NCBI RefSeq assembly: GCF_009914755.1
Contig: NC_060934.1
DNA length: 64,000 nucleotides
Origin: the human T2T-CHM13v2.0 reference genome, Homo sapiens
Strand: one strand, 5' to 3'
Position numbers and translations under genes: made by a program. The notes under the pieces are model-generated. The model worked only from the letters and a program-made list of their open reading frames with translations. It did no database searches and was not told the DNA's origin. This document shows, in pieces, positions 40,327 through 52,701 of the stretch (position 1 is its first letter; the number at the start of each line of letters is the position of its first letter).

Positions 40327-40601
40327 TTTTTTTTTTTGAGATGGAGTCTTGCTCTATTTTAATCATGGATATCCCAACAGCTACCCCTGGATTGATGTAA
40401 TTTTCCTAAAAATGGGGCCAATTAAGCCTCCAAACCCAGGCTGGAGTGCAGTAGCACGATCCTGGCACACTGCAGCCTCCACCTCCTGGGTTCAAGCAGT
40501 TCTCCCTGCCTCAGCCTCTTGAGTAGCTGGGATTACAGGCACTTGCCACTATACCCAGATAATTTTTGTATTTTTTAGTAGAGACAGGGTTTTGCCGTGT
40601 T
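40327..40601 (-). mobile_element. 5'-truncated Alu carrying a ~78-bp foreign insert
   Basis: T tail, GAGATGGAGTCTTGCTCT, non-Alu 40356-40433, then CCCAGGCTGGAGTGCAG; ends at TTTTGCCGTGTT. Confidence 0.9.
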
Positions 40602-42234
40602 ACAGTGTCTAATCTGCTGTTCTTATTCTGTATATTATTAAAATTTCAAATGCTGTATTTTTCATGTCTAGAAGTTTTATTTGGGTTTTAAAAAATATCT
40701 TTCACTTCCCATTGCATTCCTATTTTCTTTACCTATTTTAGCACGTAGAGCAAATTTATAACGGTTACGTTAGTGTACTTATCTGCTAATTCTATCATTT
40801 CTGTCTTTTCTGTGTTTTTTTTTCTATTGATGGATTTCTCTGCTGGTTATGGGTCACATTTTCTTGCCTTTTTGTATGTCTTTTTGATTAGATGCTGGAC
40901 ATTTTCTTGTTGAGTTCAGGATTTTGTTTCTTTAAGAGTGGTGGACTTTTTCTGGCAGGTATACAAATTACCTTTGGATTAGTGTGATCTTTTTGAGGTT
41001 CGCTTTTAAGCTGTTTTAGAGAAGGTCTAAGTAGCTTTATTGGACAGCTAATTTAGCTCCACTTTTAAAGAATTACACTTCTGGGGTCTCTGTGGAATGC
41101 CTGTGAGGTCTCTCCAATCTGTCTGGAGAAAGCCAGACAATTTCCAACCCTGTGTGAGCTCTGGGAATTGTTTGTCTGATAGCATTCTGATCACTCTTCT
41201 TCTGGAGGAGCTGATCTTGCCCAGCCTGGGGGGGATCCATGTGCAGATTTATATTTAGCCAAAGACTCAAGGGAGCCCTTAGGCAGATTGCTGAAAGTCT
41301 TTCTTGACAGAGCTCCCTCCAGTCTGGAATTCTGCTCCTCAGATTCCAGCTGCTTTAACCTCCACAGCCTCTGACCTTCTCAATTTAGAGAGACCCCCAA
41401 GCTCTGTTTGGGTCCTCCCCACCTGCACCATGGCCTGGAACCAGCTAGTTTACTGTCCAGGCACTAATCTGGGATTCACCTCATTTGTTTCCTTTCAGTC
41501 AGGGTCAACAGTATTGCACTGTCTTTTTTCCACTTTTTTTTTTTTCCAGAAAACAGTTGTTTTATGTATTTGTCTGGTTTTCTAGTTGTTTATGGCGGGA
41601 GGACAACTCCTGTAGCAGTAAATCCTTTGTGGCTGGCAGCCGAAGTTCTTAGCAGTTAATTTAGAAAGAGGATTTTCTGAGTCCTTTATTATTGAAAAGC
41701 TCTCTTGTCTTCTTGGGAGATGGCAGCTGCTGAGCCAGAAGTGGCCCCTGCCCTCTGCAGGTGTGCAGAAGCCCCAGGCTCTAAGCAGGGAAGAGGCATC
41801 AGAAACCCTCCTGGGGAAGCCTGTGGTGATTTGTCTTTTTGAGGAGTTGGAAAGTGAGCCATGGAGATGCCACATTCGGATGAGTGGACTTTTCCTCCTT
41901 GAGTTCTGTAGGCTTTTACTTGATGCTCTTCAAGTGCTGAAGATTTGGGAACACTGCAATAGAGGTACAACATTTAGAGATGTGTTAGGTATAAAAACTG
42001 CCAGGTACATTACTTTCTCAAGTCATTTCCCTCTCTCTCCTTTTTACATTTAAGGGGAAGAGGAACAATACGTTTTTCTTTGCAAAAGTGTTTGGCAGCG
42101 CAGTATATTTGGAAAGTTTACTAACTGCAGAAAGGGGAGAATTAAATTTTATTACACTGGCAAATGATTCTTAAATGCGGCTTATATGAAACCCTCAAAG
42201 TTAACTTTGCGTAAGGCTTGTGGTAAGACCACAA

Positions 42235-42455
42235 GCCCTGGGTTTCCTGGGCTGAGTTTGTGTCCTGACTTCCTTCTTTACTGGCTGTTTGATCTTGGGC
42301 AAATTGCTTATTGTCTTTTCTGGTCTCAGTTGGCATGTCATTAAAATGAGACAATAACCACAGATATCTCAAGGGCATTGTTATGAAGGTTAAATGAGAT
42401 GGTACCTACCAAGTGCCTGTCATAGCATAAATGTTCAGCAAATATTTGCTGATGT
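42235..42455 (+). mobile_element. MIR SINE
   Basis: CTGTTTGATCTTGGGCAAATTGCTTA...GTCTCAGTT...AAAATGAG...GTTATGAAGGTTAAATGAGAT. Confidence 0.8.
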
Positions 42456-43158
42456 CAGTAAAGATACTGCTGTCCATGGCCACAGATGTTCACTCACGTC
42501 AGGGTGAAGTTTGATATGATCCCATCAATGGGACAGTTCTCACTGGCAACCCCAACAGTTCCCAAATGCCTCCCAGGACTGGCAGCTTCCAAAGCACTTG
42601 GTGAGCTCATTACAATACAAGTGTCTCAGACCAGCTGAATTAGAAGGTCTGGCATGTGTGTTTAACATGCTCTGTGGGCAGGTCTCATCTACTGCCAGGT
42701 TTGGAACCAGTGATCTACACAAAGTAAAATTTTCTTACTGGGTCAGTATTTAATACTAGTGAAATTTGGGAAAAAGCAAATATTAAAATAATAAGTACCA
42801 GAATTGTATTTGTCCAAAAGATGTTTTATTGTGCTGTTCTGGGCTTTAATGTACAGAATTACTATATCCAGCTGTTGGGCAGAGGTTGGACATGCTAAAT
42901 GTCAGGTGTCATGCTAATGTCAGGGGTTTCCTTTCCCTTTGCAGGGTGCTGTCTCATTTTGTTTTCTGCCTTTTTGATGGTTACCTTGAACCTGAGCAAT
43001 TGGTAGTTTCAGGTAAAGGAAGCAAGTGTGGATGATATTGTTACAATTTTGGAGACCCACATGTGTGAGGTAGCCTAGGCGAATGTTGAAGCTCTGTTTA
43101 GCATTTACCAGTCCCCATCTGCGGCAGATCTGTGCTAGGCACAGGGACACAGAGAGAA

Positions 43159-43173
43159 GCTGCCATCTGGCGT
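43159..43173 (-). promoter_or_regulatory. Candidate CTCF site
   Basis: Minus strand ACGCCAGATGGCAGC is close to the CTCF core CCASYAGRKGGCRS; motif only. Confidence 0.3.
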
Positions 43174-44499
43174 TCAGGAGCTGATGGTCTGCAGAGGTGA
43201 CTGGGTGGCTAAAGCTTCAGCAGGGAAGGGGCTGTGGGTCCTGGGGGCGTTCAAAGCTGGGCTGCTCCGGTTCCTTGACTGGCTACCACCCCATCAGGAA
43301 GCACGGAGGGACTCCCCATGTGAGCTGAGCAGGCCTTGGATCCCCAGGCCTGGGGTGCTATGTCTGGCCCTGACTGCTCGCTAGAAACCTGAAAGTGCTC
43401 CATGAGCACCACTGAGGCCACACTTGTTGCAAGGATGCACCATCCTGTGGCCCTTTGCCCCCAGCCTCAGCCTGCGGCCTCTGGCCCTTTTCTTGGCCAC
43501 CGTCTCCTCTGGTTACTTCCGGGGCTCCCTACCTGAGCGTATTTGCAAAAGATCCTCTCATGTCGTTCCTTCCCAAGCCCCTGTCCCTTGTGGCCTGAAG
43601 TCCACAGAGTCACTTGGGCATGACATTTCACCTGCCCCTGCTCTTGACAGGTGTCCCTGGTCCTCACTGACAGGAGAGTGCCCTTGCCCCCCGGCCTGTC
43701 ATGCGGCATTACTTGTGCTCTGGGGCACAAAGCAGCCCCTGCAAAAGACAGCCTCGTTCTCTCACCCATTATTTCCTGAGCACTTGCTAGCCTCCAGGAA
43801 TCTTCTAGTGCTACAGGTACAGGTGCCCTAGCAATATGGCCCATTCCATTCCCCCGGGCTCCTTGTCTCAGGGGCTCATGCAAATTGACTCAAGCATGTG
43901 GTCTCCTCTGGCCTGGTCCCATTTGCTGGGTGGGTGCTGATTGCTTTGAACTTAGTGCTGGACACGACCTAGTGCATCTGATTTCCAGGCCCTTGCTCTT
44001 CTGGGCCAGGCAACCACACATTGTCCCTAACAGAGGTCCTTCCCTCATTTTAGACAAGTCCCCAGCCTGGCCGTTGCCTTTCATCCCCCAGTAACTGAGT
44101 GTGGCTCACCTGGGCCTGGCTTCCTGTTTTATTTGTGATCCCCCCAGGTCTGATATGATGGAAATGCTAAGCCAGCATTTACATTGGGAAGGAAGAAATG
44201 TACCTCCTCCCCTTCTCCTGGTGCACCCAGCCCTTCCTTACACTGCCCCATGGGCAGGTGGTGAGGCAGCGGGAGGCTGCTGCGGGGCCACCTAGGGTCA
44301 TCGTTCCACACCAGCAGGAAGAGAAGCAAAGCCAGCACCTCCCCCTGCTGTCCCCTCACCTCCTCCATGTGGAGGTCAGATCCTCTCATAGGGAGAGGGG
44401 AGCCTTTGCATTTGTGTTTCGTGGTCACAAGAGTCACATGGAAATAAGCGTCTGTGCTGTGGTGATGGGAGACCTGGATCTGGGCTCTGCGTGTGCTTG

Positions 44500-45265
<766 letters not shown>

Positions 45266-45387
45266 CTCCTGTGGGATGCATCAGGAGGTGAGGGTCGGCC
45301 ATGTCTCCACCGAGTGGGCTTGGGTGTCCCACCTTTAGGGATGTTAGGATAGAGCAGGCTGTTCAATGCTGGCAGCCTGATTGCCCC

Positions 45388-45895
45388 TAGGGTTTTCTAA
45401 AGGGACAGAACTAATAGGATAGGTGAATATATGAAGGGGAGTTGATTGACTTGCACGATCACAAGGCAAAGTCCCACAATTAACCATGTGCAAGCTGAGG
45501 AGCTATGAAACCAGTCCAATCCCAAAACCTCAAGCGTAGGGAAGCTGATAGTGCAGCCTTTAGTATGTGGCTGAAGGCCTGAGAGCCCCTGGCAAATCAC
45601 TGGTGGTAGAAGTCCAAGAATCCAAAAGCTGAAGAACTTGGAGTCTGATGTTCAAGGGTGGGAAGCATCTGGCATGGGAGAAAGATGGAGGCCAGAAGAC
45701 TCAGCAAGTCTGCTGTTTCCATGCCTGCTTTTATGCTGGCAGCTGATGATATGGTGCTCATCCAGTTGAGGGTGAGTCCACCTCTCCCAATCCACTGACT
45801 CAAATGTTAATCTCCTCTGGCAACACCCTCACAGACACACCCAGGAACAATACTCTCCATCCTTCAATCCAGTTGACACTCAATATTCACCATCA
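45388..45895 (-). mobile_element. ERVL solo LTR MLT2A
   Basis: AAGGGACAGAACTAATAGGATA...CAAATGTTAATCTCCTCTGGCAACACCCTCACAGACACACCCAGGAACAATACT...GTTGACACTCAATATT. Confidence 0.92.
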
Positions 45896-47182
45896 ACCTT
45901 ATTAGAAAATCTTCGGTTAACTTACCTTTATCTGATAGGTGTTTGGGGATGTGAAATGGTGACTGGTGGCCACTTTTTTTCATTTTTCCTTTCCGTCTCT
46001 CCATAGAATCAAAACGCCACTATCACACCTAAAATGTCACCAATAAATCCTTTATACCATCCAATCAGAGTTCAAATTTTCCTGGTTGTCTCATGCTTCT
46101 TTTTTTAGTTTGTTTGATCCAAATGAATTTGATCCACTTCAACCAGCTGATATGCCTCTTTTCATCTGTACATTTCTTCTTTACCTCTTGTTCTTGTTCT
46201 TTGTGTTCTTTTTCTTCTTCTCCTCCATCTCCATCTCCTCCTTACCCTCTCATACCCCTTGCAATTTATTTTTGAAAAAAAAAATTCATTGGTAGAGTCT
46301 CCCACAGTGTGTATTTTGCTGACTACATGCCTTGTAGTGGGGTGTGTGTGTGTGTGCGTGTATGTGTATGTATGTTTAACATGTTTTCTCTGCATTTCCT
46401 ATAAGTTAGTCATTAGATCTAGAGGCTCAATCACATTCAATGGTTTCATTTGTTTGTTTGTTTTAGCAATAGGGAGCTGTGTGCACCTCCATCAGGAGCA
46501 ACAGTGTCTGATGATCTCTTTTTTATGATGTTGCAATCCATGATAGTCATTGCCCAGGTTCATTTACTAGAGATTGACAAATGGTGATATTCTAATTAAC
46601 TATTGTTGCTTCTTCCTTTATTAGATGTAATACTTTTACAAAAAGAAACTTCTCATTGATTATTAGTTATACGATTCATACCAGGAATCAGATCCGATTC
46701 ATAGAAGAAAGGCTGGGGAAATGCTTACTTCTTTCTTTCTTTTTAAAACTAGCTTTCAAAATAATGACTTGGTTCTCCAACATTCTCCAAAGGTGACCAC
46801 TGAGTTTTAAAAAAATCACTGCTCTGAACTCATGGATTTGAGTTATTTGATGTGTTTGAGCTGCTGCAGTGTTATCTTTATTGATTCTAAGATTGTCCCA
46901 TCTGTGGCCTAGGGGATATCTTCCGGTTGGATTCTGAGTACGTCTGACATGATCCCAATCTTTTTTAGCCTCTTTGCTTTCTGCTGAGACAAAATGTTCC
47001 AGGCACACCTTACTGAATCAGATCTTTTTCTGAGAAACGCTGCTTAGTATTAGTGGGAAGTAGCAGTACAGGAAATAGGGTAGTAAGAATGCTTATTGCT
47101 GCTAAGCTGCTCACCATTTTTAGACTTTTTCAGTGGCTGGGCAAAAAGACACACTGATGATTTTAGAGAGAGAGAAGTTATA

Positions 47183-47398
47183 GGCCAGGTGTGGTGGCTC
47201 ACACCTGTAATCGCAGCACTTTGGGAAGCCAAGGTGTGTGGATCACCTGAGGTCAGGAATTCAAAGCCAGCCTGGCCAACATGGTGAAACCTTGTCTCTA
47301 CTAATAATACAAAAGAAATTAGCAGGGCATGGTGGAGCATGCCTGTAGTCCCAGCTACTTGGGAGGCTGAGGCAGGAGGTAAAAAAAAGGAGAAAAAA
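47183..47398 (+). mobile_element. Alu (AluS-like) lacking the distal right arm
   Basis: Alu sequence stops at GAGGCAGGAG (47378), then an A-rich tail; TSD AGAAGTTATA at 47173-47182 and 47399-47408. Confidence 0.93.
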
Positions 47399-47796
47399 AG
47401 AAGTTATAAATTCATACATGTAGTTTCAATTAAAATTAAAGACTATAGAGTTTTCACTTCATCTCTGCAGTGTTATATCTGTATCTCCTTTCTCCATGTG
47501 AAACTCATTTCCCTGTTACACCGACATAGTTGCTGATTTGCATCATCCACAGCACACACGTGCAAGTCTCAGGATCACACACGCTAATCTCATCACTCCC
47601 CCTCCAACCCCGCCAACCGCCACCAATGAGGGGATTCCTGAAATCAGTCTGAGTTTCTCATGGCTTTTTGTCCCTAGACTGTCTCCCACTAGGGATGTGT
47701 GATTATCTCACTGTGATTTAAAATTACTTGAAATAATTTCTCTCCAAGAGGGGATACCATTGAATCAAAACACAGTTATCTTCAAATGGTTTGACT

Positions 47797-48091
47797 TCTT
47801 TTTTTTTTTTTCGAGACAGAGTCTCGGTCTGTCGCCCAGGCTGGAATGCAGTGCGTGATCTCTGCTCACTGCAACGTCTGCCTCCCACGTTCAAGTGATC
47901 CTCCGACCCCAGCCTCTTGAGTGGCTGGGATTACAGGCATGTGCTACCACACCTAGCTAATTTTTTGTGTTTTTAGTAGAGATGGGGTTTCACCATTTTG
48001 GCCAGGCTGGTCTTGAACTCCTGACCTCAGAAGTCTGCCCTGAGGCTGATCAAAGTGCTGGGATTACAGGTGTGAACCACCGCGCCAGGCC
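47797..48091 (-). mobile_element. Alu SINE (AluS-like)
   Basis: Antisense Alu with T tail, ending ACCGCGCCAGGCC. Confidence 0.94.
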
Positions 48092-50171
48092 CTCCACTTT
48101 GAATTGTAGAGATTGATTTATAATTTAAGTTCATTTATAGATACATAGAATATTTACCTGTATCTGAAGTCAAATCTATAAAATGAGATCTATTTACAGG
48201 AGTCAGCCTTCTCTTCTTGTCTCCTCTACTCTGCCTTATTCTCCCAAAGGCTAGCCATTAAAATGATCTTTTCATTTATTATTTATTTTTATATATTCAA
48301 ATATAGATTTACATATTTTAAACAGTCTTCTTTCTTAAAAGTACATATTATCTGTATTTTTGTTAATCTTTTTTCCATCTAATAATATACTAGAGATCAC
48401 ACCATATAATTAGATAGAGAAATTCCTCTTTTCCTTTTTATAGCTGTGTGGCACTTCGTCTTGTGAATGTATCATTGTTTAATTAACCAGTCCCCCATTA
48501 ATGATCGTTTTAGTTAAATCCAGTCTTTTCTTGTTAAATAGCATGGTGCATAGGTCTAACGTGCACCAGGATAGGTTTCTGAAGATGCAAAAGAATAATT
48601 GCATGTGTAATTTTTCTAAAGGTTCCCATATTCCTCTACCCTCTAGAATGGTTACAGCAGCAACATGGAAGTTTTTAATTCTGTCATTCCTTTTGCATTT
48701 GCTGACTGTACGCTGTCAATAAAGAAAATCTTGCCTTCATTAACTGTTTGATTCACCTGAAAATAGAGTCCCGTAAAGAAGGCAGGAGAGGTGCCTTACT
48801 CGAAAGAGTAAAGTTAGAATATATATCAATATTCTGACTGAGTTCGTGCCCTAGCTGTCTTCGTAGGTGGTCAATGAGTCTTTTTCGGCATCGTTATGCA
48901 TCCCTGAACATATCTATTTCTTATAGTTTAACTTAAGTCATTTATACTTTTAAAAACACACTTGTTATTGGGATAATTTTAAGTTTGCAGAAAGGTTGCC
49001 ATGGCGGCGCAGAGTCTGTGCACACTCGGTACAGCTTCCCATCGTTGCCACCTCACGTCACCATGGGGCATTTGCCAAACCCATGAAAATAACATGGGTA
49101 TGTGACTGTTAACTAAACTCCAGGCTTGTTTGAGTTCCTCCAGTTCCTCCACCATTGTCCTTTTTTGAGGAATCCAGTTCAAGATACTACATTACAATTA
49201 ACATTGATCTTTCTGATGTTCAAATCTTTCCTTAGTTGGCTGGTGAGGGTTCTATCTGGTCTGCTCCTCATGCAGATGAAATCCCAGTGGCTTCTGATTG
49301 TGTATGTGTGTGTATGCATGTGCATGTGTGTATATGTGTGTGTATACACACGTGTGTGTGTGCAAATGCATGTGTGTGGTGTGTTGGGCCAATGAAACAT
49401 TCTCAAACTCATCTTGAACATTTCTTGCTCCAGACCTGATTTGAGCCATTTCTCGAAGGCGCTTTTGTTCTTTTTAGAGAGAAGTGGTAGTTAGAGATCA
49501 TCATCTGAGTGCTGGGGTGCTCATTGCTGTTGGATTTTCATTGCTTTAGGCCTTCAATGAATGAAGGTAGGCAATGCATACTTTTTAGAAAGAAAAAATT
49601 TATGAGCTTATACTGATAACAGTTCAAATGAAAAATTACAAGGTGTTAAATTCAATTACCTTGATTTTATGTTGGTTTCTCTTTTGCACTGAGAGCACAA
49701 TGACTACCTTCCTAATTGTGTATAATAGTTATGCTGCTTATATACCCAGCCATGATCAGTAGAGACAAGCTAGATCATGCTGTGGGGACAACGGTCCTCA
49801 AATCTCCATGAGCTGCAGCAGCAAAAGTCCATCTAGTGCTCCTGCCCTGTGTCCACCTGAGTCCTGCTTCTTGGGCTAGGCCCAGAGGCCCCGGCTGGTG
49901 AAGACTGTTCCATTTTTATTAATTTTTCTATTTTTTCTTGAATTACTTGAAATAACCATGTAGCATGGTCCATGGTCTTGGCAGAGAAAAAACAGATGTA
50001 GTGGACTGGAACTTGGCTTTTAGATTTCTTGCAACATTACTTCCATCCACATTTTTTTTTTTGGCTGCATCCGGTTGCAAGGCCAATCCTGAGTGCAGCA
50101 GGGAGGGGACTTCTCATCTTCCTGCAGAAAGGGGCTGCAAATCATACAGCCAAGACTCCTGTCAACGAGGA

Positions 50172-50299
50172 GCCCTGTCTTGGAGGATGCATGAGTTCCT
50201 TGTGGCTGTTGTAACAAATTACTAGGTGATTTACAGCAACAGAACTTTATTCTCCCCCAGTTCTGGAGCCCAGAAGTCTGCAAGGAAGGTATTGACGGG
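50172..50299. repeat. Local duplicate of 50785-50919 (MLT1 end plus flank)
   Basis: TCTTGGAGGATG(C/G)ATGAGTTCCTTGTGGCTGTTGTAACAA...CCCAGAAGTCTGCA..GAAGGTATTGAC in both copies. Confidence 0.9.
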
Positions 50300-50800
50300 A
50301 ATGTAAGATCCTCCATCAGGGAGGGCAGGGAATAGCCCACTAGGAAACTGACATTATTAATAAAAATAAGATGACTGCATGCAGTTGAAGATTCCTTTTT
50401 GCCCACAGCCTTTCTCATACCATATGGGGCTGCACAGCTGAGATACCTTGTTTCAGGTTTATTCACAGTATTTTTTCTCTGTGTGGTTGTACCACCTACT
50501 TGATGTACCATTAAGTTTTTTTTTTTTTCAGTTTATGTTTGGTTTTTGAAGATGATCATTTTTATTTTTTGTATTTTATAGAAAACATTTACATAGTTCC
50601 AAAGTCAAGACATAAAATCAGGCATATTCAGAAAGGTTGGCTTCCCTCCCTATCCCTTCCTCTCTCTCCTCACCCCCACTCTATAGTGAATGCTTTTTTG
50701 TGTTTTGTTAGTTTTTGTTTTATTCCTTTGTTCACATGTTTGGAAATACATAAACATGCACACAGGTGTGCAGTAAACTGTGATGCCTTATCTTGGAGGA

Positions 50801-51262
50801 TGGATGAGTTCCTTGTGGCTGTTGTAACAAGCGACCATGTGCTAGGTGATTTACAACAACAGAACTTTATTCTCTCCCAGTTTGGGAGCCCAGAAGTCTG
50901 CAGTGAAGGTATTGACAGGGCTGTGCTTCCTCTGCAGGATCTAGGGAAGACCCCGTCCTTGCCTCTCCACGGTTTCTGGTGGCTGCTGGCAATCCTGGGC
51001 CTTTGCTGGCTTGTAGCTGCATCACTCCAATCTCTGCCTCCACCGTCACATGACCTCCTTCCCTGTGTGTCTGCACCTGCAGATCTCCCTCTTCTGGTAA
51101 GGACACCAGTCACTGGGTTCAGGATCCACCTGAATCTAGTATGACCTCATCTTAAGTTGATTACATCTGCAAAAACTCTGTCTCCAAATCAGGTTACAGT
51201 CACAGGTGCTGGGGGTGAGGACTTAGCACATCTTTTTTGGGGGGCACAGTTTAACCCACAAT
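50801..51262 (-). mobile_element. MaLR solo LTR (MLT1C-like)
   Basis: GTGGCTGTTGTAACAA...GCTGCATCACTCCAATCTCTGCCTCC...GATTACATCTGCAAAAAC...CACAGTTTAACCCACAA. Confidence 0.9.
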
Positions 51263-52643
51263 AGAGGAGAAGCTCTGCTCCCAGCCAGCTGTCCCACTTT
51301 TAGACCGTGGTATTCGACGGTCACCCTTTGAATTTCTCTGCAGGGCTGACTCACATGTTGAGATGTGTGGCCTCCTCAGCCCCTGGAATGATGTGCTCGG
51401 ACTGCCTCTCAGCCTGGTTTGCGGGGTGACTTGTCACAATCTCTGGTGACCCTCCCTTTTGCACTGAGTTTACGGCCATGTTTATTTTGAGGGGAAGGAG
51501 ATGATGATGGAGGTGTGGCCATTAATCAGCCATGGAGCTTCTCGAGTGTGTGGCCCTGAAGTCTGATCTGGACACAGAAAGATAGAGCGATGGCGCTGGC
51601 CGTCCTCTCACTCAGATTTTGTTAATGGCTCCTGGCCTCGCTGTGCCAGGTCCACCCTGAACACAACAAATGCATCCCTCCCCTTGGAATGAATGCAGCA
51701 CATTGGCTGCTGCAGCAGAGCCTTGAGAGCGCCGCTTCTCAGAGGTCAAAGTGAGTCCATGTTAGAGGGCGTGAGAGTGGACTCGGAGCCTGGTGCACAC
51801 CCAGCTCTAAGAGGGCAGCAGTTGGTAAAATGGGTTTGTAATGGCTCATGCATTGCCCTGAAGCAGTACTTGTTATTGGAGCTCATTCCAAAGGGACCCT
51901 GCTGTGCTGCTCCTTCTAGTGCTCACCCAGGTGCTGCGTGGGTGAACTGAACGTTTACTCTTCCCAAAAGAAACATCACTGTGAAAAGGAGCCCTTGACA
52001 GTGAGATGTGTTGAAAAGCAATGTCTGTGTCATCTTCTGGTCTGAGTTCATGTGTCTTAAAGCAGGTATCCTAGCAAACAAGGCTGATTTTCTTATTAAA
52101 ACCCGGGGCAAATAATTACTGGATATGATCTTGTTTGTCTCATTCTCTCCCAAAACCAAGGGAGTGATTTATTTTAACTCCCACGAAAGGGCTTCCTGGA
52201 AGGGGCCTGCACTGGCGGTGGCTGGCTGTGTTAGGAGGTGGATGTGTTAGTGGTAGTCCAGGATAAGAACCTTGTGGGTCTGTTGGGAGATTTAATATGA
52301 GTTTTTATCCCTTTTATTGATGCTGTCAATGCAGCTAACAAGGCTTAGGTTCTCCTAGCGAGAGGATTCGTGATTTTGAGCACCATTTTGTACTAAGATG
52401 TTGTTTATGGAAATACTCTTTCATGTTTGGAGAATCATATTACTCCACTCCACCAACAAGGACGCATTTCAATCAGAATTTGGAACGGGCTGGTTATTGA
52501 TTGACAGTCTTTTTTGGGTCCTAATGGTCTGCGTACTTACCTTTCTAGAAATGATCTCAGCTGTAAGCTTGCATTACAGCACATGACTTATTTGACTGAT
52601 GTTTGTCTCTCTCTCATCTATAAACCCTGCAAGGACAGGGTCG

Positions 52644-52648
52644 TGTGT

Positions 52649-52695
<47 letters not shown>
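52644..52695. repeat. (TG)n microsatellite, ~25 units with one interruption
   Basis: Read directly. Confidence 0.97.

Positions 52696-52701
<6 letters not shown>

Larger units (their letters stand above)
36365..41640 (-). mobile_element. Large degenerate L1M LINE (3' UTR, ORF2 remnant and upstream region; possibly several fragments)
   Basis: T-rich antisense L1 hallmarks: TTTTCTTCCAGAAGTTTTATGG, CACATAAATTTTAGAATCAGCTTGTC, TTGAATAGAAGTGGTGAGAG, GTAATGCTGGCCTCA; no long ORF. Confidence 0.9.
45990..49740 (-). mobile_element. Cluster of old L1MC/L1ME fragments (contains two Alus and TG-rich tracts)
   Basis: CAGAGTTCAAATTTTCCTGGTTGTCTC, AAATGTTCCAGGC, GGGATAATTTTAAGTTTGCAGAAAG, CTCCAGACCTG..TGAGCCATTTCTC. 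Confidence 0.65.

Noticed and set aside
36365-41640. Possible functional L1 ORF2/reverse transcriptase
   Set aside because: Riddled with stops and indels; longest minus-strand ORFs are only ~60-65 aa.
50539-51144. 201-aa ORF
   Set aside because: Runs through an old repeat fragment and an MLT1 LTR; no domain, non-ATG start.
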